Counted from the first letter of the stretch, positions 18,151 to 28,186 are shown. The stretch: 64,000 bases of DNA from Candidatus Pacearchaeota archaeon (GCA_041659265.1 JBAZYP010000009.1:12201-76200), one strand, 5' to 3'. A program made the numbers and translations. The notes: generated by a model not told the origin, from the letters alone.

Positions 18151-18239
18151 GATATTTTTATTCTATAGTGCTTTTTAAAGTTTGTGATTATTGGAAATCT
18201 ATCAACGGAAGGGTAAAAATGCCTTATTTTAATTATAAT

Positions 18240-18368
18240 TCAAATTTCCTTGACAAATTTGATTATTAATAGCCCCATCTGTGAACGTATTTGCACTTTG
18301 TTGATTAAAGCATATTTCTTAAAGGGCAAATACTCGTCGAACCTAACAGGTTCAATTCCTGAAGAATA
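18240..18368. ncRNA. Possible structured RNA or tRNA-derived remnant
   Basis: Inverted repeat TCAAATTT/AAATTTGA (18240-18262); 8-bp GTATTTGC (18287-18294) / GCAAATAC (18325-18332); T-arm-like CAGG-TTCAATT-CCTG (about 18346-18360); TATTCTT (18313-18319) / AAGAATA (18362-18368). Confidence 0.25.
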
Positions 18369-18403
18369 AAATAAACCCAAAATTATTAAATTTTGGTTTA
18401 TAA

Positions 18404-18476
18404 TAGCCCCACCAGGATTCGAACCTGGGTCCCAGGCTCCAAAGGCCCGTATCCTTGACCACTGGACGATGGGGCT
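18404..18476 (-). tRNA. tRNA-Gln (anticodon TTG)
   Basis: Revcomp AGCCCCATCGTCCAGTGGTCAAGGATACGGGCCTTTGGAGCCTGGGACCCAGGTTCGAATCCTGGTGGGGCTA. 7-bp acceptor, anticodon loop CTTTGGA, T-arm CCAGG-TTCGAAT-CCTGG. Confidence 0.93.
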
Positions 18477-18653
18477 ATTTTTAGGTCAGAGAATAGAGTT
18501 TTATATGGTTTATAAGCTTTATTTTTTACAGAGAATTAGTTAAATCCTTTGGGATTTGACTAATTAAAGTTCGTTATTAATTGATATGATCTATAGAATC
18601 AATCAAGATCTTGCAAAGGCAAAGTATAAAAATTAAAGTGATTTAAATATAAT

Positions 18654-18884
18654 ATGGTAAAAAAAGGGATTGAGTGTAAAACTATTGTAAAAGGATATTG
18701 GATGAGTGTAATAGGGGTTTTAACAGTATCTTGTTTTATATTTTCATTATTGTTGTTATCACCAGGGTTTACTGGTTATGTTGTATCTGATTTGGAAAAT
18801 AGTAATTATTTTTATTCAGGATTAGTTTTATTTATATTAGGGATACTTGGTTCAGTTACATATGTTAGATTAAGAAATATCTGA
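18654..18884 (+). CDS. Small two-TM membrane protein
   Basis: 76 aa with two hydrophobic segments. Confidence 0.45.
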   Translation: MVKKGIECKTIVKGYWMSVIGVLTVSCFIFSLLLLSPGFTGYVVSDLENSNYFYSGLVLFILGILGSVTYVRLRNI

Positions 18885-18924
18885 AAGTTAGAAATATTTA
18901 AAAGTTAATAATCTTAAAAAATTT

Positions 18925-19578
18925 ATGGTACATTTAGGATTAGGAGATTCTTATAGTTTATTTAGTCAGGCTATTAATCAAACAGAATTTTATTTAAATG
19001 ATATTTATGATCAATTTGGGAGATTAATGATAGATTCATTTGGAATAAATGATTCATCAAAAATTGATTTAAGATTAGGTTGTTTTTGGTTAGATGGATT
19101 TTACTCTCCAAATGGTCTTGGTGTTAATATGGATTATCTGGAAGAGAAAGTTAATTGTTGTGAGGATTGTTTTAATGAATGGCTGGATACAAGAGGATTT
19201 GTACTTGCTCATGAGATAGCACATCATTATCATTATTTAGTTAATCCCGATTTATTTCATGAAGATATACGAGATTTAAGGGATGTTGATTTTTATTCAG
19301 ATTTTTTAGCAGAATTAAGTGCGATGCATTTTTTTAATAAAATCGGTAAATTGAATAGTAGTATTTTAACATATTCTCAAATTGTAGATTATTCCTATTC
19401 ATCTTTTATGTATTTTAAGGATAATAAACTTGATTTAGATAAACAGATTTTTAATTTATCTAGATTTAATGAAAATGAAGCAAAATCATTTTTAAGAGAT
19501 TATGATCTTTCAAAGAAAATATTATGTTATATGGATAGAGATATTTTTTTAGGTATGTGTGTTCATGAAGAAATTTAA
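18925..19578 (+). CDS. Putative zinc metallopeptidase-like protein
   Basis: HEIAHHYH (HExxH) followed by a downstream FYSDFLAELSAMHFF acidic helix. Confidence 0.55.
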   Translation: MVHLGLGDSYSLFSQAINQTEFYLNDIYDQFGRLMIDSFGINDSSKIDLRLGCFWLDGFYSPNGLGVNMDYLEEKVNCCEDCFNEWLDTRGFVLAHEIAHHYHYLVNPDLFHEDIRDLRDVDFYSDFLAELSAMHFFNKIGKLNSSILTYSQIVDYSYSSFMYFKDNKLDLDKQIFNLSRFNENEAKSFLRDYDLSKKILCYMDRDIFLGMCVHEEI

Positions 19579-20171
19579 TGTTTATCTTTATATCTGCCTC
19601 TTGATTCAATTGTTTTAATTCTCTTGATAATTTCAACTTTGTCTTTTGATGAGTATGAATCTAGTAGAATATTAAAAAATTCTTTATTAATTGTGAAATG
19701 TTTTGCATCTAAAGCTTGTTTTAATAAATGAAGGTCAACTGCTTTATCTTCAATTTTTTTTGAATGATAAGCTAAACCGAAATCAATAAGATAGACTAGA
19801 TTATTTTTTTCTATCATGTTACTTGTTGTTAAATCTCCATGGATAATATCTTTATCATGCATTTTTCCTATTGAATTTCCAAGTGATTTTGCAATCCTAA
19901 GATAATCTAATTTTTCTAGAGATTCTGAAAGTTTTTTTCCTTCAAGATATTCCATAATTATTTCATCTTCATTATTAGTCTTAATTATTTTTGGAACAGG
20001 AATGATTCCATTAAGTTTTTCTATAATTTTTGCTTCTGAACGAGTACGAGACTTTATTAATTTATTATCTATTTCATTAATACGATAAGATTTTTTTATT
20101 CTATTTTTTATTACTTGATTGTTATTTAATGTAATAAAAGCTTCTGCACCTTGAGAAATTTTCTTAATCAT
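19575..20171 (-). CDS. bud32: Bud32/PRPK-like KEOPS kinase, stand-alone
   Basis: EAFITLNNNQVIKNRIKKSYRINEIDNKLIKSRTRSEAKII, MEYLEGKKL, IIHGDLTTSNMI, YLIDFGLAYHSKKIEDKAVDLHLL. Confidence 0.9.
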   Translation of the reverse strand: MIKKISQGAEAFITLNNNQVIKNRIKKSYRINEIDNKLIKSRTRSEAKIIEKLNGIIPVPKIIKTNNEDEIIMEYLEGKKLSESLEKLDYLRIAKSLGNSIGKMHDKDIIHGDLTTSNMIEKNNLVYLIDFGLAYHSKKIEDKAVDLHLLKQALDAKHFTINKEFFNILLDSYSSKDKVEIIKRIKTIESRGRYKDKH

Positions 20172-20542
20172 TTTATTAAAGAAGTATCTCCATTAAGTTC
20201 AATAACTCCTATGGCATTTAGTTCATCAGATGAATTAATTGGATTTTTGAATAACATGAAAATCTTTTTTTTCTGATTAAACGCCATACCAATTTCCATT
20301 ATAGAATTAAAACCAATATAATTTTCTATATTATTCTTCTTGTAGTTTGCAATAAGTATTGCATCAGACCACTTTAAGTTTTCATTAAAATCTAACATTG
20401 AATCTAGTTTGAAATTATTAGAGTTCTTATAATTGTTATCAGGTAATGGAATTTTAACAAGATGTCCTTGTTTTTCTAATTCTTTTTTTAGTTGCAGAAA
20501 ATTCTCATGAAAAGCCATCGAACCAATTATAGTTATCTTCAT
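20168..20542 (-). CDS. Nucleoside 2-deoxyribosyltransferase-like / small Rossmann protein
   Basis: MKITIIGSMAFHENFLQLKKELEKQGH...WSDAILIANYKKNNIENYIGFNSIMEIGMAFNQKKKIFML. Confidence 0.65.
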   Translation of the reverse strand: MKITIIGSMAFHENFLQLKKELEKQGHLVKIPLPDNNYKNSNNFKLDSMLDFNENLKWSDAILIANYKKNNIENYIGFNSIMEIGMAFNQKKKIFMLFKNPINSSDELNAIGVIELNGDTSLIK

Positions 20543-20550
20543 TTTAAAAT

Positions 20551-21927
20551 TTAAAACTTCATTCTTTTACCGAATTTTTTTGCTAGTTTTTGCATTTGCT
20601 TTTGAGATAAACCCTCTTTAGGATCTAGATTTGCTAAATCTCCTGAACCTGAAACCATGTCTTTTAATAATTTGTATTGCTTTATTAGTTGTCTAACATC
20701 TGTTGTTGTAGCTCCTGAACCTTTAGCTATACGACCTAGACGAGAAGTTTGTTTTTCTATAACTTCTGGATTTTCTATTTCTTCTTTTGTCATGGAATCT
20801 ATGATATGCTCCCATTTTTTTAGTTTTTCTTCTTGAATTCCTAACATATTATCTGGAATTTTTGCTTTACCTAAACCTGGAACCATTTCCATAATTTTTG
20901 AAAAACTTCCAATATTTTTCATTCCCTTTAATTGTTCTTGAAAATCACGTAAATCAAAATTACCTGATTCTAATTTATTTTTAATACGTTTTTGAGATTT
21001 TTCATCAAGAGCAGATTGAACTTTTTCCAAAAGTCCTTCTAAATCACCTAACCCTAATAATCTTGAAATAAATGCTTGTGGATTAAAGGTTTCAAAATCT
21101 GAAGGATTTTCTCCTGTACCAATAAAAAATACTGGAGCTTTAGTTTCATTACATGCTGTTAAAGCTCCTCCTGCTTTAGCAGTTGAATCCATTCTTGTAA
21201 TAATAACTCCATGTATGTTACAAGCTTTTTGAAATTCAGATGCTTGAACTTTAGCTGCTTGACCAATATCAGCTTGAATTACTAACAGAGTATAAGTTGG
21301 TTTAATTTCTTTACCTAATGTAGTAATTTCATCGACAAGTTCTTTATCTAGATTATGTCTGCCTGCTGTATCAATTATAACTAGGTCATAATCATCAAGT
21401 TCTTTAGAAAATTTTTTATATATTTTAAGAGCATTTTTTTCAGTCTTATCTGTTAATACTGGAATTTTTATTTTATTACCAAGTTGTTCTAATTGTTCTC
21501 TTGCTGCAGGCCTATGAACATCTAAACCCATCATAGCAACTTTAAAGCCCCTTTTAGAATAATAAGCTGCTAGTTTTGAGGAGGTAGTTGTTTTTCCTGC
21601 TCCATATAATCCTAAAAGCATTATTTTTGTGGTTTTTCCTTTTTCAATTTTTATTTCATATTTTTCTTTACCTAATAGATTTAAGATTTCATCATGTAAA
21701 ATTTTGGTTAAATGTTCTTTTCTTTCTATACCCTTGATTTTTTCGTTTTCTGCTTCTTTTTTAATTCTTTCACCAAGTTCTTTAACAAGGTAAACATTAA
21801 CATCTGCTTGAATTAATGCTCTTTGGAGATCTTTAACAAGGGTTTCTATTGTTTTTTTATCTAAAAACATAGCTCCAGCTATCTTGTCAAATCCTTTTTT
21901 AAAAGCTGAACCTAGTCCTTCTAACAT
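20551..21927 (-). CDS. srp54: Signal recognition particle 54 kDa protein
   Basis: GLYGAGKTTTSSKLAAYYSKRG, DVHRPAAREQL, IIDTAGRHNLDKELVDE, and an M domain including QEQLKGMKNIGSFSKIMEMVPGLG. Confidence 0.95.
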   Translation of the reverse strand: MLEGLGSAFKKGFDKIAGAMFLDKKTIETLVKDLQRALIQADVNVYLVKELGERIKKEAENEKIKGIERKEHLTKILHDEILNLLGKEKYEIKIEKGKTTKIMLLGLYGAGKTTTSSKLAAYYSKRGFKVAMMGLDVHRPAAREQLEQLGNKIKIPVLTDKTEKNALKIYKKFSKELDDYDLVIIDTAGRHNLDKELVDEITTLGKEIKPTYTLLVIQADIGQAAKVQASEFQKACNIHGVIITRMDSTAKAGGALTACNETKAPVFFIGTGENPSDFETFNPQAFISRLLGLGDLEGLLEKVQSALDEKSQKRIKNKLESGNFDLRDFQEQLKGMKNIGSFSKIMEMVPGLGKAKIPDNMLGIQEEKLKKWEHIIDSMTKEEIENPEVIEKQTSRLGRIAKGSGATTTDVRQLIKQYKLLKDMVSGSGDLANLDPKEGLSQKQMQKLAKKFGKRMKF

Positions 21928-22090
21928 GGTTTATTTAATGTTTTTTGGGTTTATAGGAGTTTTGGTAGCCGAAAATACCCTTAAATTATTATCAAATTAT
22001 TTATCTAAATTATATTTAAATCAATTCTATCTATCAACAATATATTTATAAAACAGGATGTATATCAATAATTGTATTAAAAAGGGTGAT

Positions 22091-25000
22091 ATGATGAAGT
22101 TTAATAAAAATTTGAAGGTATTTTATATATTTTTAGTAGCAATTTTAATTATTCAAATTGTTTTAGCAGAAGAAATATTATTGACTGGATCAACGAATCC
22201 TGTTCTTGAAAATTCAAAAGTAGCTTATGTTTATAGAACGCCCTCTCAAATTGAACCAAATGTTGTTGAAGTGTTTAATTCATTAAATTTTTCTATTGAT
22301 TATATAATGGATTCAAGTTTTCCTATGGATTTATCTAAGTATAGGCTGATTTATATCGGGGATGAATATTTCACAAAAGATATACCAATAGATAAAACTA
22401 ATGTTATTGTAGCTAATCCTAATATTGGAAGTAAAGATGGTTTAACAAAAAATGGCGGAGTAAGTAAATTAACATCAACTAAACCTTTAAGAGTGGAAAT
22501 AAATGGAAAATATGTTCAAGTTTATGAATTAACTAAAGATAAAAAAGATATGTTTATTCCATATTATTTTTTGAATAATTTAATGAAATCTCCTACATTA
22601 AAGAAATATGCTGGAGCAGATACAATAAGTTCTGGTGAGAATTATGGAGATGTTATTGCTTATGCAAAACCTGGAGATGTTTTATTAAATGGAAAAATTT
22701 TACAAGGAAGATTATGTTTTTTTGGTATAAATCAAGCTGATTTTTGGACTAGTGAATCAAGACAATTATTTTTAGATTGTACTGGATATACTGCAACTGA
22801 ATGCAGAAAAGATTCTGATTGCGGGGCTTCTCAAACAAGTCAATCTTATTGCAAAGATGGAGATATTTACAAAGATATAAAGACTTATCAATGTTTAAAA
22901 CCAGGGAGTGTTCATTCTAAATGTGTTAGCAAATCAGTTTCAACAATTATTCAAAATTGTTTGAAAGGTTGCAAGACTGGAAGTTGTTTACCTGATTGCA
23001 CTAAAGATGCTGATTGCGGAAAAAATAAATTATGCCAAGCTAATAGTTGTGTTCAAATCGCATGTACAATAGACGCTGATTGTGGTAAAGATAAATTTGC
23101 TAATCAATTATTTTGTAAAGATGGAAATGTTTTTGATAAATATATTACTTATGATTGTATAAATCCTGGAACATTAACAAGCAAGTGTTCATCAACAACA
23201 AGCGATAAGCTTTTTGAAAAATGCTTTAAGGGATGTTCTAATGGGGATTGTGCTTCACAATGTACTAAGAATAGTGAATGTGGAATAGATGAATTTGTTG
23301 GAGAATCAATATGCAAGGATGGAAGTGTATTCCAGAATAAAAGAACATATATATGCAATTCTCCAGGAACAGCTGAATCAAAATGTTCAAATAGTATTGT
23401 TCTTCAAAAGAAAATAACTTGTTCTAATCAAGAAACTTGTTCAAAGGGCATTTGTGTTGATTTGGTTTGTTCTAATAATTTAGATTGTGATGATAAAAAT
23501 TCTACTACAGAAGATTTTTGCATTAATGCTGGAAAAGCAAACTCTGCTTGTGTTCATACTATAACTAATTATAAAAATATCAGCCAGATAAAATTTATTT
23601 TATTATATGCTTATGCTGGTTATAATTCTGTTACATTAAATTTTTCTGCTGTTTCAAAAGATAATACTTTAATAAATGGGTATTTATTAAGCAAGGACCA
23701 TAATAATTGGGTTAGACTTCCTGGAAGTTCAACTGGTTATGTATTTAGGGGTCTTAATCCATTAACAGATTATGTATTTTATGTTAAAGCTATTGATAGT
23801 TCAAATATAAGTTCAGATGAAATTAGTATTTATATGAAGACGCTTGCTAATCCTTATCAAAATAATACTAATAATGGCACGAATAACAATGGAACTAACA
23901 ATAATGGAACTAACAATCAAAATAATATTCCAACAATCTCATCATTAAAAGCAGTTGCTGGAACAAATTATGTAACTTTATTATATTCTGCTAATTCAGC
24001 AAATGGTTCAACAATAAAAAAATATCTTGTAAAAAAGAATAATGAAAATTGGATTGAAACAACAAAGAAAAATTATACTTATTCTTCTTTAGCATCTGAT
24101 ACTAGTTATACTTTTTATGTAAAAACTATGGATAGTTTAAATAGAACTTCTAAAGAATTAGCTATAACTATTAAGACAGCAAAAATTAGTGGAAATAATG
24201 GTACAAACAATAATAACACAAATAACAATGGAACTAACAATAATGGAACTAATAATTCTAATAATCTTCCAAGTGTTTCATCAGTTAGTGCAATTGTTAA
24301 ACCAACTAATGTAACTTTAATTTATTCTGCAACATCTAAACCCGGTTCAACAATAAAAAAGTATCTTGTAAAAAAGAATAATGAAAATTGGATTGAAACA
24401 ACAAAACTTAATTATACTTTTAGTTCATTAATTCCTGAAACAAATTATATCTTTTATATTAAAGTTGTAGATAGTTTAGATAGGGTATCAAAAGAATCAA
24501 ATATTAGTGTTAAAACCTTAAAATTAATGAATGATGGAGGCAATAATGGAACAAATTCTACAGGAAATAATACTAATAATCAAAATAATCAACCAAGTGT
24601 ATCTTCTTTAACAGCAATTGTAGGATATGATAATGTAACTTTAATTTATTCTGCAACATCTAAACCAGGTTCAACAATAACTAGTTATTATTTAAGAAGA
24701 AATAGTGGTGGATGGATGATAACAAATAAACCTAATTATACTTTTACTGGTTTAATGCCTGATACAAATTATGTATTTTTTATTAAAGTAAATGATAGTT
24801 TAAATAGAGTCTCAAAGGAAATTAATATTTCTGTAAAAACTGCAAAAAAGATAGAAACCGGGGGTTCTGATGGTGGATCTAATGGCGGTTCAGGAGGATC
24901 TGGAGGTTCTGGTGGCGGATCTGGAGGATCAGGCGGATCATCATCAATTTTAACTGGAAGTGGAAGTGGATTTTATCCAGGTCAACATTGTTTAACTATA

Positions 25001-25360
25001 TGGAATTGTAATGATTGGAGTAAATGCAGGGATAAAACTCAAACAAGAGAATGTATTTATCCTGCTAATTTTTGTGAACCTTATGACCCTAAACCAACTG
25101 AATCTAGAGTATGTATACCTGAAGAACCGATTCCAGACCAACAATTAGAAGAATTTAATTCAGAAGTAAATAAAGATACCCCTATTGTAAATGAGGTAAA
25201 AGAAAGTCCTTATTCTCCAATTACAGGAGCATTTATTGCAGCAACACTAGGAAAACATCCTTGGATATCATTATTAATTTTGGTTTTTGTTGGAATTGGA
25301 ATATATTATTATTATTCTGTAAGAACTAAGCCACTATTAAAAGCATTTTCTAAAAAGTAG
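22091..25360 (+). CDS. Large surface protein: cysteine-rich repeats, tandem Fn3 modules, Gly/Ser linker, C-terminal TM
   Basis: Signal peptide after MMKFNKNLKVFYIFLVAILIIQIVLA. Repeats such as DADCGKDKFANQLFCKDGNVFDKYITYDCINPGTLTSKCS. Four Fn3-like modules (NVTLIYSATSKPGSTIKKYLVKKNNENWIETTKLNYTF), Asn/Gly/Thr-rich linkers, CLTIWNCNDWSKCRDKTQTREC, terminal TM. AAAGGGTGAT lies upstream of ATG 22091/22094. Confidence 0.8.
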   Translation: MMKFNKNLKVFYIFLVAILIIQIVLAEEILLTGSTNPVLENSKVAYVYRTPSQIEPNVVEVFNSLNFSIDYIMDSSFPMDLSKYRLIYIGDEYFTKDIPIDKTNVIVANPNIGSKDGLTKNGGVSKLTSTKPLRVEINGKYVQVYELTKDKKDMFIPYYFLNNLMKSPTLKKYAGADTISSGENYGDVIAYAKPGDVLLNGKILQGRLCFFGINQADFWTSESRQLFLDCTGYTATECRKDSDCGASQTSQSYCKDGDIYKDIKTYQCLKPGSVHSKCVSKSVSTIIQNCLKGCKTGSCLPDCTKDADCGKNKLCQANSCVQIACTIDADCGKDKFANQLFCKDGNVFDKYITYDCINPGTLTSKCSSTTSDKLFEKCFKGCSNGDCASQCTKNSECGIDEFVGESICKDGSVFQNKRTYICNSPGTAESKCSNSIVLQKKITCSNQETCSKGICVDLVCSNNLDCDDKNSTTEDFCINAGKANSACVHTITNYKNISQIKFILLYAYAGYNSVTLNFSAVSKDNTLINGYLLSKDHNNWVRLPGSSTGYVFRGLNPLTDYVFYVKAIDSSNISSDEISIYMKTLANPYQNNTNNGTNNNGTNNNGTNNQNNIPTISSLKAVAGTNYVTLLYSANSANGSTIKKYLVKKNNENWIETTKKNYTYSSLASDTSYTFYVKTMDSLNRTSKELAITIKTAKISGNNGTNNNNTNNNGTNNNGTNNSNNLPSVSSVSAIVKPTNVTLIYSATSKPGSTIKKYLVKKNNENWIETTKLNYTFSSLIPETNYIFYIKVVDSLDRVSKESNISVKTLKLMNDGGNNGTNSTGNNTNNQNNQPSVSSLTAIVGYDNVTLIYSATSKPGSTITSYYLRRNSGGWMITNKPNYTFTGLMPDTNYVFFIKVNDSLNRVSKEINISVKTAKKIETGGSDGGSNGGSGGSGGSGGGSGGSGGSSSILTGSGSGFYPGQHCLTIWNCNDWSKCRDKTQTRECIYPANFCEPYDPKPTESRVCIPEEPIPDQQLEEFNSEVNKDTPIVNEVKESPYSPITGAFIAATLGKHPWISLLILVFVGIGIYYYYSVRTKPLLKAFSKK

Positions 25361-25391
25361 ATAAAAAATTTTATTATAAATAAAAATAATA

Positions 25392-26795
25392 TTATAATCC
25401 TAGGTTATTTATGAATTCGTTTTTATTAAATAATTTAATATCTTCATAATTTTGTCCAACTCCTAGATAAAAAATTGGTTTTTTTGTTATATGACTTACA
25501 GATAGGATTGTTCCACCTTTTTCATCAATATCTGCTTTACTTAATATACTTCCATCGATTCCAATCATTTCATTAAAGGTTCTAGCTTGTTCTGTAGCAT
25601 CATTTCCTGCAATAGATTCTGCAACAAATATCTTTAAATCAGGTTTAGTTACTCTGCATATTTTTTCCATTTCTGCTAATAAGTTTGTTTTTGTATGCAT
25701 TCTTCCTGCTGTATCTATTAAAACTACGTTAATTTTATGTTTTTTTGCATAACTTATAGCATCAAAACCTACTGCAGAAGGATCTGCATTATAATCATGT
25801 TTTATTAAAGGAACATCAAGTCTTTTTGCATGTTCGGAAATTTGTTCAATTGAAGCAGCTCTAAACGTATCTCCTGCAGCTAGAACCACGCTTAAATTAT
25901 TTTTTTTAAGAAGAGAAGTTAATTTTGCTATTGATGTTGTTTTTCCTGTTCCATTAATTCCAAAAAAAAGAATTACAAATGGAGATTCTTTTTTGTTTTT
26001 AATTATTTTTAATGGGTCTATTGGTTCAATTATTAATTCTTCTAAAGAAGATTTTAATTCTTTTTTAATAACCTCTTCTAAATCTTCTTTTTTAATTTCT
26101 TTACCTATCAGTCTTTTTGATAAAAGTTTTTTTAAATCTTCAACAACTTCCAGGGCTACATTATTTTCTAATAATAACATTTCCAAATCATCAAATAATG
26201 AATCAAAATCTTCTTCATTTATTTTATAAGTGAATGCGGATTTAATCCTTGTTAGGAAAGAGGTTTTTTCAATGGGTTTTTCTTCAATAACAATTTCTTC
26301 TTTTTCTTCTGAAATTTCTTTTTCTTCAATAATTGGGTCTGCAACTTCTTCTTCATCTTTTTTTCCTAATAGTCTTGAAAAAAATCCTTTTTTCTTTTTT
26401 TCAGATTTATCAATTAGTTCTGTTTTAACAACATCCTCCTCAATTTCTTCAATTATTTTTTCTTTTTCAACAACTTCTTCTGGAATTCCTTCAACTATAT
26501 CTTCTTCAATTTCTATAGCTTTACCTATTTCCTTAGTGATTTTTGGGATTTCTATAATTTTTTTATCTTTAGTCTTTTTAATAGGTATTTCCTTCTTTTT
26601 TTCAATAATATCTTTTTTAGAGTCTTTTTTTCCCTTTACAACTTTTTCTACTTTATTTGGTTTAGTAGATTTAGAAATCTTTTCTTCCTTTTTCTTTTTA
26701 GGTTTCTCAACTTTTTCAACAGGTTCTTCAACTTTTAATTTGTCTTTTGTACCACTAACCCAGTCTTTAAGCTTATTTTTTAGGAATCCAAACAT
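25392..26795 (-). CDS. ftsY: SRP receptor FtsY with long acidic/basic N-terminal region
   Basis: FFGINGTGKTTSIAKLTSLLKK, AAGDTFRAASIEQI, VLIDTAGRMHTKTNLLAEMEKI, IDEKGGTILSVSHITKKPIFYLGVGQNYEDI. Start taken as MFGFLKNKLKDW (26795) rather than track start 26972. Confidence 0.93.
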   Translation of the reverse strand: MFGFLKNKLKDWVSGTKDKLKVEEPVEKVEKPKKKKEEKISKSTKPNKVEKVVKGKKDSKKDIIEKKKEIPIKKTKDKKIIEIPKITKEIGKAIEIEEDIVEGIPEEVVEKEKIIEEIEEDVVKTELIDKSEKKKKGFFSRLLGKKDEEEVADPIIEEKEISEEKEEIVIEEKPIEKTSFLTRIKSAFTYKINEEDFDSLFDDLEMLLLENNVALEVVEDLKKLLSKRLIGKEIKKEDLEEVIKKELKSSLEELIIEPIDPLKIIKNKKESPFVILFFGINGTGKTTSIAKLTSLLKKNNLSVVLAAGDTFRAASIEQISEHAKRLDVPLIKHDYNADPSAVGFDAISYAKKHKINVVLIDTAGRMHTKTNLLAEMEKICRVTKPDLKIFVAESIAGNDATEQARTFNEMIGIDGSILSKADIDEKGGTILSVSHITKKPIFYLGVGQNYEDIKLFNKNEFINNLGL

Positions 26796-26861
26796 TATAA
26801 TAATAAAAAATAAGGGTTTATAATCATTAAGGTTTATATATAAAATAGGTTTTATATTAAA

Positions 26862-27440
26862 ATGGGTGATTATCATATCTATCTTTTTAGGCATGGGCAG
26901 ACTTTTTACAATAAAAACAAAGTTTTTACTGGATGGAAAGATTCTAAATTGACTCCTGAAGGAATAAAACAAGCTAAAAATCTCGGAGAATTATTAAGGA
27001 ATAAAAAAATTGATATTGCTTATAAAAGCCCTTTATCTAGATCAAAAGATACCTTAAAAGAGGTTATTAAGTTTCATCCTGAATGCAAGAATATTTTTAC
27101 TGATAAAAGGATAATCGAAAGAAGTTATGGAAGCCTTGCAGGTAAAACTCATAATGAAGTACTTATAAAATTAGGTCAAGAACAATTTGATAAATGGCAT
27201 AGGGGGTTTAATGATAGGCCTCCTAAGGGTGAGTCTTTTAAAGATGTTGAAAAAAGGGTTAAACCATTTATTAATGATTTAATAAAGAAGATAAAGAAGG
27301 AAAAAGTTAATGTTGCAATATCGGCTCATGGTAATTCAATAAGATTATTTAGGAAAATAATGGAGAAAGCTTCTATTAAAGAATGTGTAACTTGGAAAAT
27401 TCCTTATGATGAATATTTTCATTATGTAATTAAATCCTAA
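26862..27440 (+). CDS. Histidine phosphatase family, 2,3-bisphosphoglycerate-dependent phosphoglycerate mutase-like
   Basis: IYLFRHGQTFYNKNKVFTGWKDSKLTPEGIKQAKNLG, PLSRSKDTLKEV, ERSYGSLAGKTHNEV, VAISAHGNSIRLF. Confidence 0.85.
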   Translation: MGDYHIYLFRHGQTFYNKNKVFTGWKDSKLTPEGIKQAKNLGELLRNKKIDIAYKSPLSRSKDTLKEVIKFHPECKNIFTDKRIIERSYGSLAGKTHNEVLIKLGQEQFDKWHRGFNDRPPKGESFKDVEKRVKPFINDLIKKIKKEKVNVAISAHGNSIRLFRKIMEKASIKECVTWKIPYDEYFHYVIKS

Positions 27441-27538
27441 CTTTATAACTTGTTTAAATCATAATAAAGATTATAAAGTCAAATCTATTTTGTAGTTTAC
27501 CCTTAAAAGAGCTTAAATATATCTAAAAAGGAGATTTT

Positions 27539-28105
27539 ATGATAACTTATAATGAACTATATGATGCACTAAGAAAAGAGAGATATAGTGAACCGCTACA
27601 ACAATTAACTAAAAATTTTGTTAAGGAATTTGCTATTTATCTAAAAGAAAAGAAAGAAATTTTGGATACAAAGGATGATGATTTTTCTGATTCTATAATG
27701 AAAACCAAGAAACAGGTTGAAAATTCTGTTGCAATATTTAGGGAACTTATCTTAAGAAGAAAAAAGAAAATACTTGAATTAGCGTTTGTTGCTGCTGAAA
27801 CTGGAATATCAAAAAGAGATTTTGAAAATATGCTTAGTTTTGAAAAAGAATCTTTTGAAGGGATAATGAAATTATTAGAAAAAAGTGATAAGAAGATTTC
27901 TGAAATGCTTAAAGGTGTTAGTCAAGATAGTGAAGATAAGCCTAAAAATAAGATGATTGTTTTTATTACAGATACAGAGGAGTTTTTAGATCTTGAAGGA
28001 AATAAATTAGGTCCTTTTAAAAAAGGGGATGTTGCTAATATTTCTGAAGAAATAGCTAATATATTAATAATTGATAAAAAAGCAGAAGCTATCTCTGAAG
28101 AGTAA
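27539..28105 (+). CDS. Archaeal GINS subunit (Gins51/15-like)
   Basis: YDALRKERYSEPLQQLTKNFVKEFAIYLKEKKE, helical A domain and C-terminal B domain MIVFITDTEEFLDLEGNKLGPFKKGDVANISEEIANILIIDKKAEAI. Confidence 0.82.
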   Translation: MITYNELYDALRKERYSEPLQQLTKNFVKEFAIYLKEKKEILDTKDDDFSDSIMKTKKQVENSVAIFRELILRRKKKILELAFVAAETGISKRDFENMLSFEKESFEGIMKLLEKSDKKISEMLKGVSQDSEDKPKNKMIVFITDTEEFLDLEGNKLGPFKKGDVANISEEIANILIIDKKAEAISEE

Positions 28106-28186
28106 GTAAAGATTAAAACAAATATAAAAAATTAGCATATAATCATAAAAACAAATATTTTTTAACTCAAGAATCTTATCTATAAT

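Noticed and set aside
23149-23358. Minus-strand ORF 69 aa in the Cys-rich repeat region
   Set aside because: Shadow of repetitive coding sequence on the plus strand.
24190-24600. AAT/AAC-rich tracts considered as non-coding microsatellite
   Set aside because: They remain in frame and encode the Asn/Gly/Thr linkers between Fn3 modules.
25993-26823. Plus-strand ORFs 25993-26229 and 26230-26823 (up to 197 aa)
   Set aside because: Antisense to ftsY. Composition (S/F/I/L-rich, e.g. SSSFFPNSLEKNPFFFFS) is the shadow of the Lys/Glu-rich FtsY N-terminus.
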